Of a DNA stretch of 33,078 nt, positions 14,571 to 23,695 are shown one piece after another. The notes under the pieces were generated by a model. The model was not told the origin of the DNA. It searched no databases and saw only the letters and a program-made list of their open reading frames with translations. Positions within the stretch are counted from its first letter, which is position 1. Each line of letters starts with the position of its first letter. The stretch spans positions 1 through 33,078 of the forward strand of contig JAKSSQ010000001.1 of NCBI GenBank assembly GCA_024403005.1, read 5' to 3'. Source of the DNA: Clostridia bacterium (lineage in GTDB: Bacteria; Bacillota; Clostridia; Peptostreptococcales; Anaerovoracaceae). Both the position numbers and the translations under genes were made by a program.

Positions 14571-15536
14571 ATGGAAAGCGACTATCGACAGCGCGGCTCC
14601 AAGGCAGCTGCCTTTACAGACGAACAATTACAGAGCGCAGTAGACGAAGCCCTTGAACTGGGCAGGCAGGCTGCCTCTAAAGGTACGGTAGCAACATATA
14701 TCCCCGAACTGGGCAAGGCAAGACCGGAAGCCGTAGGGCTCTACATAGTTACAGACGACGGCAGAAAATGTAAGGCAGGGGATACAGGCATCCACTTTAC
14801 CATGCAGTCTGTATCTAAAGTAATTTCTCTGGCAATGGCTCTGGAAGTCCGGGGTGCAGACGAGGTGTTCAGACATGTGGGCATGGAACCCTCCGGCGAA
14901 GCTTTCAATTCTATTGTAGAACTTGATTTTCAGCGCAATATGCCCTACAATCCTATGATTAATTCAGGCGCTATTACGGTGGAAAGCCTTATTATCGATT
15001 ACAAGCCTTTCGATGACATGCTGGATTTTGCAAGGAAAATCTGCATGGATCCGGAAATTACTCTCAACAGACAGGTATATCTCTCCGAAATGGCAACCTG
15101 CGACAGAAACCGCGCAATAGCCTACCTGCTTAAGAGCAAGGGTGTTATTACAACAAATGTAGACCATAGCATCGAACTATACACAAAGATGTGTTCTATT
15201 AATGTAACGGCTCATTCTCTGGCAAACCTGGGTCTTCTTTTGGCAAACGGCGGTATTGACCCACTCACAAAGGAAAGGCTCATTAAGCCTGAAACAGCGA
15301 AAATTATCAAGACAATAATGCTTACCTGCGGCATGTACGACGGCTCCGGTCAGTACGCTGTAGAAGTAGGAATACCCACAAAATCCGGCGTAGGCGGAGG
15401 TCTTCTTGCAGTAGCAGGAACGGATATGGGTATCGGTTCCTACGGACCGGCACTGGACGAAAAGGGCAACAGCTATGCCGGCAAAGTAATGCTTAAATAT
15501 CTTGTTGATAAATTAAAGCTTCACATTTTTGACTGA
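14571..15536 (+). CDS. glsA: Glutaminase A
   Basis: 321 aa serine-dependent glutaminase: SVSKV (Ser-x-x-Lys), NPMINSGAI, GVGGGLLAV. AAGGAAGG SD. Confidence 0.9.
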   Translation: MESDYRQRGSKAAAFTDEQLQSAVDEALELGRQAASKGTVATYIPELGKARPEAVGLYIVTDDGRKCKAGDTGIHFTMQSVSKVISLAMALEVRGADEVFRHVGMEPSGEAFNSIVELDFQRNMPYNPMINSGAITVESLIIDYKPFDDMLDFARKICMDPEITLNRQVYLSEMATCDRNRAIAYLLKSKGVITTNVDHSIELYTKMCSINVTAHSLANLGLLLANGGIDPLTKERLIKPETAKIIKTIMLTCGMYDGSGQYAVEVGIPTKSGVGGGLLAVAGTDMGIGSYGPALDEKGNSYAGKVMLKYLVDKLKLHIFD

Positions 15537-15577
15537 TTTTTCCGGTCAGCAATGAGACCAAATCCATTGATTTCAAG

Positions 15578-15607
15578 GAAGGTGACTGCCATCACCTTCT
15601 TTTTTTA
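15578..15607 (+). terminator. Rho-independent terminator after glsA
   Basis: GAAGGTGA / TCACCTTC stem, 6-nt loop, then an 8-nt T-run. Confidence 0.8.
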
Positions 15608-15608
15608 C

Positions 15609-15637
15609 TTGATATTTGCACAGAATGGGTGTATCTT
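15609..15637 (+). promoter_or_regulatory. Candidate rnf operon promoter
   Basis: TTGATA (15609-15614), 17-nt spacer ending in TG, then TATCTT (15632-15637), about 70 nt upstream of rnfC. Confidence 0.4.
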
Positions 15638-15708
15638 ATTAGCGTGCAGTTTTAGCGCGCAATTTTTTGTTGCGCCTAAAAAACTGAGAAAAATAAAGGA
15701 GAAAAGAA

Positions 15709-17091
15709 ATGAGTTCAGGCAAACATCTGAATGGAATCCATGTGAATCATTCGAAGAACACTGCCGGACAGGCCATCATCCCGATGACTCTTCCCGAAAA
15801 AGTGTACATTCCCATGAGCCAGCACATCGGAGCTCCATGCCAGCCCATCGTGGCCGTTGGTGACCACGTTAAGGTTGGCCAGAAAATCGGAGACAACGAA
15901 GCTCCGGTATGCGCACCGATCCACAGCAGTGTATCCGGTGACGTAGTAGCCATCAGCAAGGCTATGTCCCAGATGGGCAGAGTAGATACAATTATCGAAA
16001 TCGTGCCCGACGGCAAGCAGGAAATTGCTGAAACTGTAGTTCCCCCCGTTGTAACTGACAAGGCAAGCTTTATTAAGGCTGTAAGAGAATCCGGCGTTGT
16101 AGGTCTCGGCGGTGCTACATTCCCCATGAGCGTTAAGTTCAACGTTCGTGAACCGGCAAAGGTTGACACATTCATCGTTAACGCAGCTGAATGCGAACCT
16201 TTCATCACAGTTGACCATCAGAACATGCTCACACACGGTCAGGAAATCGTTGACGGCGTAAGAGCAGTCCTCAAGTGGCTCAACGTAGAAAGAGCTTTCA
16301 TCGGCATCGAAACAAACAAGCCCGATGCTATCGCAAAGATGAAGGAACTCACAAAGGACGACAGCAACATTACAATCGCAGAACTCCGTCAGGTTTACCC
16401 CCAGGGTGCTGAACGTGTAATCATCTACGAAACAACAGGAAGACACCTGCTCGCAGGCAAGCTCCCCGCAGACGTAGGCTGCATCGTTTCCAACGTTACT
16501 TCCGTACTCAAGATGCAGCAGTTCCTCGCTACAGGTATGCCCCTTGTTTCCAAGAGCATGACAGTAGACGGCAACTGCGTTGCTAACCCCCAGAACGTAG
16601 ACGTACCCATCGGTACACCTCTCTGCGACGTAATCGAATTCTGCGGCGGCACAACAAAGGAAGTTAAGAAGATCGTACTCGGCGGACCGATGATGGGTCG
16701 TGCAATCCCCAAGGATGAATACGGCGTAATCAAGGGCAACTCTGCTATCCTGTGCTTCGACGAAACATTCGCTACACAGCACGAAGCATCTGCCTGCATC
16801 AGCTGCGGCAAGTGCGTAAGAGGCTGCCCGATGAACCTGATGCCCTGCAAGCTCGCAAAGGCTTGGGAACAGCAGAACATCGACATGCTGAGAGAATACC
16901 ATGTAACAACATGCATGGAATGCGGTTGCTGCGGCTATTCCTGCCCGGCAAGAAAGCAGCTCAACTTCGAAATCAAGCTCGCTAAGCAGTGGGTTATGAC
17001 AGAAGACCGCAAGGCTGCTGACAAGGCAAAGGCAGAAGCTGAAGCTGCAAAGGCTAAGGCTGAAGCTGAAAAGGAAGGAGGAAACAAGTAA
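15709..17091 (+). CDS. rnfC: Rnf electron transport complex subunit C
   Basis: N-terminal GIHVNHSKN...IPMSQHIG, NADH/FMN-binding GLGGATFP, two 4Fe-4S motifs CISCGKCVRGCP and CMECGCCGYSCP, and a Lys/Ala/Glu-rich tail. Confidence 0.95.
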   Translation: MSSGKHLNGIHVNHSKNTAGQAIIPMTLPEKVYIPMSQHIGAPCQPIVAVGDHVKVGQKIGDNEAPVCAPIHSSVSGDVVAISKAMSQMGRVDTIIEIVPDGKQEIAETVVPPVVTDKASFIKAVRESGVVGLGGATFPMSVKFNVREPAKVDTFIVNAAECEPFITVDHQNMLTHGQEIVDGVRAVLKWLNVERAFIGIETNKPDAIAKMKELTKDDSNITIAELRQVYPQGAERVIIYETTGRHLLAGKLPADVGCIVSNVTSVLKMQQFLATGMPLVSKSMTVDGNCVANPQNVDVPIGTPLCDVIEFCGGTTKEVKKIVLGGPMMGRAIPKDEYGVIKGNSAILCFDETFATQHEASACISCGKCVRGCPMNLMPCKLAKAWEQQNIDMLREYHVTTCMECGCCGYSCPARKQLNFEIKLAKQWVMTEDRKAADKAKAEAEAAKAKAEAEKEGGNK

Positions 17092-18059
17092 TGAGCACAA
17101 AGCATACAAATCTTATCGTATCCTCCTCTCCTCACGTATGTGACCCGGTTGATACAAAAACAATTATGAGAGCTGTTGTCATTGCCCTCGTTCCGGCATT
17201 TGCCGTATCCTGCTCCGTTTTCGGCATTACGGCTCTCAGTATGGTAGCTGTCTGCGTTGCAGCATGCGTACTGTTCGAAGCTGCTTGCCGTAAGCTCCTC
17301 AACAGACCCCAGACTATCGGTGACTGGTCCGCAGTAGTTACAGGCGTTATTCTCGCTTTCAACCTGCCCTCCACACTTCCGTACTGGATGGCTGTTATCG
17401 GCTGCTTCGCTGCTCTCGTACTCGTAAAGCAGCTCTTCGGCGGACTTGGCCAGAACTTTGCTAACCCTGCTATCGTAGGTCGTATCGTTCTGTTCATCGC
17501 TTTCGCTACACCCATGACAAACTGGGAAATCACTCCGAGAATGAGCTCCGTTATCCGCGAAGCTGCAGGCGCAGACGCTGTAACAGGCGCTACACCCCTC
17601 GGTCTCCTGAACAAGGGCATCGAAGTTCCCGTTAACGACATGGCAATTGGTTTCATTAACGGTTCTTTAGGTGAAATCTCCGCAGTAGCTCTGCTCCTCG
17701 GCGGAATCTACCTCATCTACAGAAAGGTTATTACATGGGAAATCCCTGTTGCATTCCTTGCAACAGTTGCAGTTCTCGCAGTTCTGATGGGCCAGAATCC
17801 TCTGTTCCACCTCTGCGCAGGCGGCGCAATGCTGGGTGCTTTCTTCATGGCTACAGACTATGTAACATCCCCCATGACAGGCAAGGGCAAGCTCATCTTC
17901 GGTATCGGCTGCGGCATCATGACAATGCTCATCCGTCAGTTCGGTTCTTATCCCGAAGGCGTTTCCTTCGCTATCCTGCTCATGAACATCCTTACACCGC
18001 ACATTGACAACTGGACAAAGACAAAGCTCAATGGCGTTCAGAACGGAGGTGCTAAGTAA
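17091..18059 (+). CDS. rnfD: Rnf complex subunit D
   Basis: NqrB/RnfD membrane protein. SSSPH start motif and flavinylation motif TGAT (17583-17594). TAATG junction with rnfC. Confidence 0.95.
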   Translation: MSTKHTNLIVSSSPHVCDPVDTKTIMRAVVIALVPAFAVSCSVFGITALSMVAVCVAACVLFEAACRKLLNRPQTIGDWSAVVTGVILAFNLPSTLPYWMAVIGCFAALVLVKQLFGGLGQNFANPAIVGRIVLFIAFATPMTNWEITPRMSSVIREAAGADAVTGATPLGLLNKGIEVPVNDMAIGFINGSLGEISAVALLLGGIYLIYRKVITWEIPVAFLATVAVLAVLMGQNPLFHLCAGGAMLGAFFMATDYVTSPMTGKGKLIFGIGCGIMTMLIRQFGSYPEGVSFAILLMNILTPHIDNWTKTKLNGVQNGGAK

Positions 18060-18616
18060 TGTCTAACAAGAAGGATTTATTCGCACCGACAATTGTACTG
18101 GTATGCATCTGCCTCGTAGCATCCGTGCTCCTCGCTGCAACATATCAGATTACAAAGCCCATCATCGATAAGATCAACATCGAAAACGCTAACAAGTCCA
18201 GATCCGAAGTTATCGAAGCTGCTAACAGCTTCACAGAAGTAACAGACGTAGATCTGGTTAACGGCGTAACAGAAGTTTACGAAGCTGACTGCGGCGGATA
18301 TGTTATCACATCCAGCGCTAAGGGCTTCGGCGGAGCTATCGTTGTAATGACAGGTATCGACGCTGATGGCAACATCATCAAGATCAAGGTTACAGACGCA
18401 AGCAACGAAACACCGGGTCTGGGTTCCAAGACAACACTGCCCGACCACGCTGCTAAGTTCGTAGGCGCTAAGTCCATCACAATGGATAAGGACGCTGCAA
18501 CAGGCGACGTTACTTACACAGCTCCCGTTACAGGCGCTACATACTCCTCCAAGGGTGTATTCAACGCTGTAAGCGCTGCTCTTGAGCAGTTCGAAAAGAT
18601 CGGAGGTGCCTTCTAA
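18059..18616 (+). CDS. rnfG: Rnf complex subunit G (FMN-binding)
   Basis: N-terminal anchor, FMN_bind domain, flavinylation motif TGATYSS (18530-18541). TAATG junction with rnfD. Confidence 0.95.
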   Translation: MSNKKDLFAPTIVLVCICLVASVLLAATYQITKPIIDKINIENANKSRSEVIEAANSFTEVTDVDLVNGVTEVYEADCGGYVITSSAKGFGGAIVVMTGIDADGNIIKIKVTDASNETPGLGSKTTLPDHAAKFVGAKSITMDKDAATGDVTYTAPVTGATYSSKGVFNAVSAALEQFEKIGGAF

Positions 18617-19299
18617 TGGAACAGAAGACAAGTAAGCTTAGTATCTTTACTAAGGGCTTTATTAAGGAGAACCCGATCCTCGTACTTATCCTGGGTACAT
18701 GCCCCACTCTGGCTGTATCCACACAGGCTTTCAACGGTATCGGTATGGGTCTGTGCGTAACATTCGTACTGTTGTTCTCCAACATCTTTATTTCAGCTCT
18801 GAAGAAGATTATTCCCGATAAAGTACGTATTCCGTGCTACATCGTAATTATCGCTACATTCGTAACTATCCTGCAGATGCTCCTTCAGGCATACCTGCCC
18901 GAACTGAACAAGTCCCTGGGTCTGTATATCCCCCTGATCGTAGTAAACTGCATCATCCTCGGCCGTGCAGAAGCTTTCGCTAACAAAAACAGCGTAGTAG
19001 ACTCCGCACTCGACGGTCTTGGTATGGGTCTTGGTTACACATGTGCTCTCACAATCATGGCTTGCATCAGAGAACTCCTCGGTGCTGGAACAATTTTCGG
19101 CATGACAGTTACAGCTAATGTAATCTCCCCCATGTCCATCTTCGTTCTTGCTCCCGGCGGTTTCTTCACATTCGGCTGCCTCATCGCTTTAGTAAACAAG
19201 CTTACTAAGGGTAAGGTAAAGGATAAGCAGCAGAACAAGTGCATGGGTTGCCCCGGCGCTGCTGTTTGCAGTCAGGCTAAAGAAGGAGGTTGCGAATAA
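18616..19299 (+). CDS. rnfE: Rnf complex subunit E with a Cys-rich C-terminal tail
   Basis: The NqrD/RnfE motifs ENPILVLILGTCPTLAVS and LYIPLIVVNCIILGRAEAFA are present. There is an extra tail CMGCPGAAVCSQAKEGGCE. Confidence 0.95.
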   Translation: MEQKTSKLSIFTKGFIKENPILVLILGTCPTLAVSTQAFNGIGMGLCVTFVLLFSNIFISALKKIIPDKVRIPCYIVIIATFVTILQMLLQAYLPELNKSLGLYIPLIVVNCIILGRAEAFANKNSVVDSALDGLGMGLGYTCALTIMACIRELLGAGTIFGMTVTANVISPMSIFVLAPGGFFTFGCLIALVNKLTKGKVKDKQQNKCMGCPGAAVCSQAKEGGCE

Positions 19300-19892
19300 T
19301 GAAATTATTAATGATCATTATGGCCGCAGTCCTTGCTAATAACTACGTACTCGTAAGATTCCTGGGTATCTGCCCGTTCCTCGGCGTATCCAAGAAGCTG
19401 GACTCTGCAGTTGGTATGTCCGTAGCCGTTATCTTCGTAATGGTTCTGGCAACAATTGCTACATGGCCTATCCAGCACCTGCTGCTGGACCCCAACGGCA
19501 TCGGCTATATGCAGACAACTGTATTTATCCTCGTAATTGCCGCTCTCGTACAGTTAATCGAAGTTGTAATGAAGAAGTATCTGCCCGCACTGCATAAGTC
19601 TCTGGGTGTATATCTTCCCCTTATCACAACAAACTGCGCTGTTCTCGGTGTTTGCGTTATGAACATCGACGAAGGTTACTCCTTCCTCGAAGCTATCGTT
19701 AACTCCTTCGGTTCCGGCGTAGGCTTCCTTCTTGCTATGTTCCTGTTCGCAGGCGTAAGAGGAAGAATCGAAGAAAACGACTACCCCGAATGCTTCAAGG
19801 GCGTAGCTTCCACACTGGTTGCTGCTTCCATCCTTTCCGTATCCTTCATGGGATTCTCCGGAATGGTTGACAGCATCTTCGGAAATCTGTAA
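19299..19892 (+). CDS. rnfA: Rnf complex subunit A
   Basis: ATG 19299 follows AGGAGG and overlaps the rnfE stop as TAATG (the longest ORF starts at TTG 19290). NqrE/RnfA motifs NNYVLVRFLGICPFLGVS and YLPLITTNCAVLG. Confidence 0.95.
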   Translation: MKLLMIIMAAVLANNYVLVRFLGICPFLGVSKKLDSAVGMSVAVIFVMVLATIATWPIQHLLLDPNGIGYMQTTVFILVIAALVQLIEVVMKKYLPALHKSLGVYLPLITTNCAVLGVCVMNIDEGYSFLEAIVNSFGSGVGFLLAMFLFAGVRGRIEENDYPECFKGVASTLVAASILSVSFMGFSGMVDSIFGNL

Positions 19893-19907
19893 AGGAGGGG
19901 AATTGAA

Positions 19908-20807
19908 ATGACAATATCTGCATTCGTAGTTCCTGTACTCCTTTGCGTAGTTACCGGCTGCATCTGCGCAATTCTTCTTACAATTGCTGCTATCAAGTTT
20001 GCAGTACCCGTTGACGAAACACAGGTTAAGATTCGTGAATGTCTCCCCGGCGCTAACTGCGGTGCCTGCGGATTCGTAGGATGCGATGACTATGCTGCTG
20101 CTCTGGCTGCAGACCACTCCATCGCTCCCAACAAGTGCGTTCCCGGCGGCGCTTCCGCTGCTGCTGGAATCGCTGCAGTTCTCGGCGTAGACGCTGGTTC
20201 TGCTGAAGCTAAGGTAGCTAACGTTATGTGCTCCGGCCTTAACGACTGCACAAAGCCCGAAATGGATTACCAGGGATATAAGTCCTGCTCTGCTGTAAAG
20301 CAGTTCTTCGGCGGCCCCGGAACATGCAAGTTCGGCTGTATCGGTCTCGGCGACTGCACAAAGGCTTGCGCTTTTGATGCAATCGAAGTTTGCAACGGCG
20401 TTGCAAAGGTTAACAGAGACAAGTGCGTTGGCTGCGGCGCATGCGCTAACACATGCCCCCAGAAGATTATCGACATCCTGCCCAAGACAAGCCGCGTTAC
20501 AGTTGGCTGCTCCAGCCACGATGCTGCTAAGGCTACAAAGGATGCCTGCACAGCTGGCTGCGTAGGCTGCAAGATGTGCGAAAAGACCTGCAAGTTCGAT
20601 GCTATCCACGTTGAAGGCAACGTTGCTAAGATCGATGCCTCCAAGTGCAAGAACTGCGGTATGTGCGCTAAGGCTTGCCCGAGACACATTATCCATGTTG
20701 TTCCCAAGCCCGGCACAGCTAAGCCTGTTGTTAAGGTAGAAGCACCTAAGACAGAGGCTCCCGCTGAAGCTGCTCCCGCAGCAGAAGCTCCCAAGACAGA
20801 AGCATAA
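19908..20807 (+). CDS. rnfB: Rnf complex subunit B (polyferredoxin)
   Basis: N-terminal TM segment, the RnfB Fe-S motif CGACGFVGCDDYA, several CxxCxxCxxxCP ferredoxin motifs, and a Pro/Ala/Glu-rich tail. Confidence 0.95.
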   Translation: MTISAFVVPVLLCVVTGCICAILLTIAAIKFAVPVDETQVKIRECLPGANCGACGFVGCDDYAAALAADHSIAPNKCVPGGASAAAGIAAVLGVDAGSAEAKVANVMCSGLNDCTKPEMDYQGYKSCSAVKQFFGGPGTCKFGCIGLGDCTKACAFDAIEVCNGVAKVNRDKCVGCGACANTCPQKIIDILPKTSRVTVGCSSHDAAKATKDACTAGCVGCKMCEKTCKFDAIHVEGNVAKIDASKCKNCGMCAKACPRHIIHVVPKPGTAKPVVKVEAPKTEAPAEAAPAAEAPKTEA

Positions 20808-20826
20808 TTGCTGAACTCATTTAAGT

Positions 20827-20856
20827 TCCCGGAGGTGCCTGCCTCCGGGACTTTTA
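20827..20856 (+). terminator. Rho-independent terminator after rnfB
   Basis: TCCCGGAGG / CCTCCGGGA stem, 6-nt loop, then CTTTTATT. Confidence 0.85.
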
Positions 20857-20909
20857 TTATCCGCCCAAATGTGATAATATAAACTTTACGAAATTAGGAG
20901 AATCAAAAC

Positions 20910-22601
20910 ATGTTACGCAAAGTTTATCATTTAAGAGATCTTATGAATTTTGCAGCTGACAGCTACGGCGAACAGGCTGCATATCTTTACAAGGAAAAGC
21001 TGGGCGGACCTTACCTGCCCATTTCTTTCAACCAGTTCAGACAGGATGTTAACAGCCTGGGTACAGCTCTCCTGGATGCAGGAATGAAGGGCCAGCGCAT
21101 TGCGGTCATCGGTGAAAGCCGCTACGAATGGATCGTAACCTATTTCGCAGTTGCCTGCGGACTTGGCGTTATCGTTCCTCTCGACAAGGAACTTCCCGTG
21201 CAGGAAGTGAGCGCACTCATTAACCGTGCTGAAATCGGCGCTATCGTATATTCCTCCAAGGTAGGCAAGAAGGTTGTTCAGGCTCTGGACGGAAATACAG
21301 AAATTAAGATGATCTGCATGGATCTGGACGAAGACGAAGACGGAATTATTTCCTGGCCCGCATTAAAGGAAAAGGGTCTGGAACTTCGCCGCGGCGGCGT
21401 GGATACCTACGCAGGTATGCCCATCAACCCCGAAGACTTCTGTACACTCAACTTTACATCCGGCACAACAGGTCTGGCAAAGGGTGTAATGCTCTGCCAC
21501 AAGAACCTCTGCTACAACGTATCCGCACTGTATAGCTACGTTAACCTGTCAGACCCCTGCGGAGACAGCAAAATCTGCCTGTCTATTCTGCCCATGCACC
21601 ACACCTTCGAATTCACAGCTACAGTTCTGGGCTCCATGCACCAGGGCGGTACAGTTGCATTCTGCGAAGGCCTCAAGTACATCGTTAAGAACATGGCAGA
21701 AGCTAAGGTTACTTACCTTATCGCAGTTCCTCTTATCTTCGAAAACATGCACAGCAAGATCTGGCGCCAGGCAGAAAAGAGCGGCAAGGCAGGCAAGATG
21801 CGCAAGGCTCTTAAGGTTGTCCGCGCTCTGTCTCACGTAGATAAGAAGATCATGAACAAGACAGCTAAGCTGTTTAAGGACGTACACGCAGCTCTCGGCG
21901 GCCACGTTAAGTTCTTTATCGTAGGCGGCGCTGCTGCAGACCCCGTTGTTACAAACGACTTCATCGCAATGGGTATCCAGATGGTTCAGGGCTACGGCAT
22001 GACCGAATACGCACCCATCATCTGCCTCAACCCGACCTATGCTCCCAAGGCAGCTTCCGTTGGTCTGCCCCTGGAAGGCACAGAAGTATACATCGACAGC
22101 CCCGACAGCGACGGCATCGGCGAAATCATGTGCCGCGGCGACTCTGTAATGCTGGGTTATTATAAGGATCCGGAAGAAACAGCTAAGGTTATTACACCGG
22201 ACGGCTGGCTTGCTACAGGCGACTACGGCTACATCGACAAGGAAGGCTACGTATACATTACAGGCCGCAAGAAGAACGTAATCGTTACAAAGAACGGTAA
22301 GAACATCTTCCCCGAAGAAGTTGAATACTATCTGCTCAAGAGCAAGTACATCGAAGAAGTTGTCGTTCGCGGCGTTCCCGACGACGACAAGGAAGACCTG
22401 GTTGTTACAGCTGAAATCTTCCCCAGCAGGGATGCTCTGGAAGACATCGGAAACCCCGAAGGCGAAGAACTCAAGGCTCTGCTCAAGAAGGAAATCGATG
22501 CTGCAAACGAACAGATGTCCATCTACAAGAGAGTAAAGAGATTCACAGTAAGAGATACTGAATTCGAAAAGACAACAACCAAGAAGATCAAGAGGTGGTA
22601 G
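20910..22601 (+). CDS. AMP-dependent synthetase/ligase (long-chain acyl-CoA synthetase-like)
   Basis: Adenylation motifs FTSGTTGLAKGV, GYGMTE, TGDYGYIDKEGYVYITGRKKN and KNGKNIFPEEVE. Confidence 0.85.
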   Translation: MLRKVYHLRDLMNFAADSYGEQAAYLYKEKLGGPYLPISFNQFRQDVNSLGTALLDAGMKGQRIAVIGESRYEWIVTYFAVACGLGVIVPLDKELPVQEVSALINRAEIGAIVYSSKVGKKVVQALDGNTEIKMICMDLDEDEDGIISWPALKEKGLELRRGGVDTYAGMPINPEDFCTLNFTSGTTGLAKGVMLCHKNLCYNVSALYSYVNLSDPCGDSKICLSILPMHHTFEFTATVLGSMHQGGTVAFCEGLKYIVKNMAEAKVTYLIAVPLIFENMHSKIWRQAEKSGKAGKMRKALKVVRALSHVDKKIMNKTAKLFKDVHAALGGHVKFFIVGGAAADPVVTNDFIAMGIQMVQGYGMTEYAPIICLNPTYAPKAASVGLPLEGTEVYIDSPDSDGIGEIMCRGDSVMLGYYKDPEETAKVITPDGWLATGDYGYIDKEGYVYITGRKKNVIVTKNGKNIFPEEVEYYLLKSKYIEEVVVRGVPDDDKEDLVVTAEIFPSRDALEDIGNPEGEELKALLKKEIDAANEQMSIYKRVKRFTVRDTEFEKTTTKKIKRW

Positions 22602-22603
22602 AA

Positions 22604-23695
22604 ATGTACCCGCAGCTGGAGATTAATCTTGCAAAACTTCGCAGAAATGCAAAGGAAGTAGTCAGCCGCTGCACAGCGCAGGGTATAACTGTCGCTGCTG
22701 TAGTTAAGGGCTACTGGGCGGACCCGAGGATGGTCCGCGCCTATCTGGACGCCGGCGCAAAGCAGGTTGCTACGAGCCGCGTGAGCCAGATCAGGAAGAT
22801 GAAGGAGGCCGGAATCGACGATGTTCCGTTCCTTCTCCTTAGAGTTCCGCAGATGTGCGAACTGGAAGAAGTTGCAAAGTATGCAGATTATTCTCTCCAC
22901 AGCGACCTCTCGGTTTTACAGGAATACAACCGGGTCTGCGAAGAACTGGACGTCGTAAGAAACGTCATAGTTATGGCAGATCTGGGAGATTTACGTGAAG
23001 GATTCTGGGACAAGGACGAAATGGTGGATGCCTGCGTCTTTGTCGACAGAGGCCTGCACAATTTACATCTGGCAGGTATAGGTGTAAATCTGGGCTGCTA
23101 CGGAGCAATCCAGCCTACACCGGAAAAGATGCACGACCTGCTCGCCATTGCAGGCAGAGTGGAAGAGCGCATCGGAAGAAAGCTGGAATTCATTTCCGGC
23201 GGTGCTACGAGCACTTACACTATGGTTCACTGGGGCACACTGCCCGAAGGAATTAACCACCTCCGCATAGGCGAAGGAGTTATTCCTGCCTACGACCTGC
23301 CCTTCGACTGGGGCATTACGGACCTGCTGGACTACACAGACAGAGATATTTTCACTTTAAGAGCTCAGGTTCTTGAAGTTCGCACAAAACCCAGCTATCC
23401 CCAGGGCACTTTCTGCATCGACTGTTTCGGCGGAAAACCGACGTTTACAGACAGAGGCGAAAGAAAGAGAGCCCTCGTGGGAATTGGCAGGGCAGACGCG
23501 GGCAACGTTATGGATATTATGCCGAGAATGGAAGGCGTTGAAGTTCTCGGAGGCTCTTCGGACCACCTTATACTGGACGTGGAGGACTGCAAAACCGAGC
23601 TTAAGGCCGGCGATGTCCTCGAATTCGACATAAGGTATTCCGTTATGCTCCCCATAACAAACAGCCCGGATGTTGAAAAAATATACGTGGAATAA
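22604..23695 (+). CDS. Alanine racemase-fold PLP enzyme (ornithine racemase/YhfX-like)
   Basis: ATG 22604 lies 2 nt after the ligase stop (the longest ORF starts at GTG 22595). The N-terminal TIM barrel carries PLP-Lys in AAVVKG. GGATSTY and a C-terminal beta domain are present. Confidence 0.8.
   Translation: MYPQLEINLAKLRRNAKEVVSRCTAQGITVAAVVKGYWADPRMVRAYLDAGAKQVATSRVSQIRKMKEAGIDDVPFLLLRVPQMCELEEVAKYADYSLHSDLSVLQEYNRVCEELDVVRNVIVMADLGDLREGFWDKDEMVDACVFVDRGLHNLHLAGIGVNLGCYGAIQPTPEKMHDLLAIAGRVEERIGRKLEFISGGATSTYTMVHWGTLPEGINHLRIGEGVIPAYDLPFDWGITDLLDYTDRDIFTLRAQVLEVRTKPSYPQGTFCIDCFGGKPTFTDRGERKRALVGIGRADAGNVMDIMPRMEGVEVLGGSSDHLILDVEDCKTELKAGDVLEFDIRYSVMLPITNSPDVEKIYVE

Noticed and set aside
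15552-15863. 103-aa + strand ORF spanning the glsA terminator, the rnf promoter and the rnfC start.
   Set aside because: It runs through an intrinsic terminator and a promoter, and it is out of frame with the well-supported rnfC.
15715-17109. 464-aa ORF on the - strand opposite rnfC. A similar 380-aa ORF lies at 19554-20696 opposite rnfA/rnfB.
   Set aside because: Both are antisense shadows with Cys/Ser/Val-rich low-complexity products. The sense strand encodes canonical Rnf subunits with coupled junctions.
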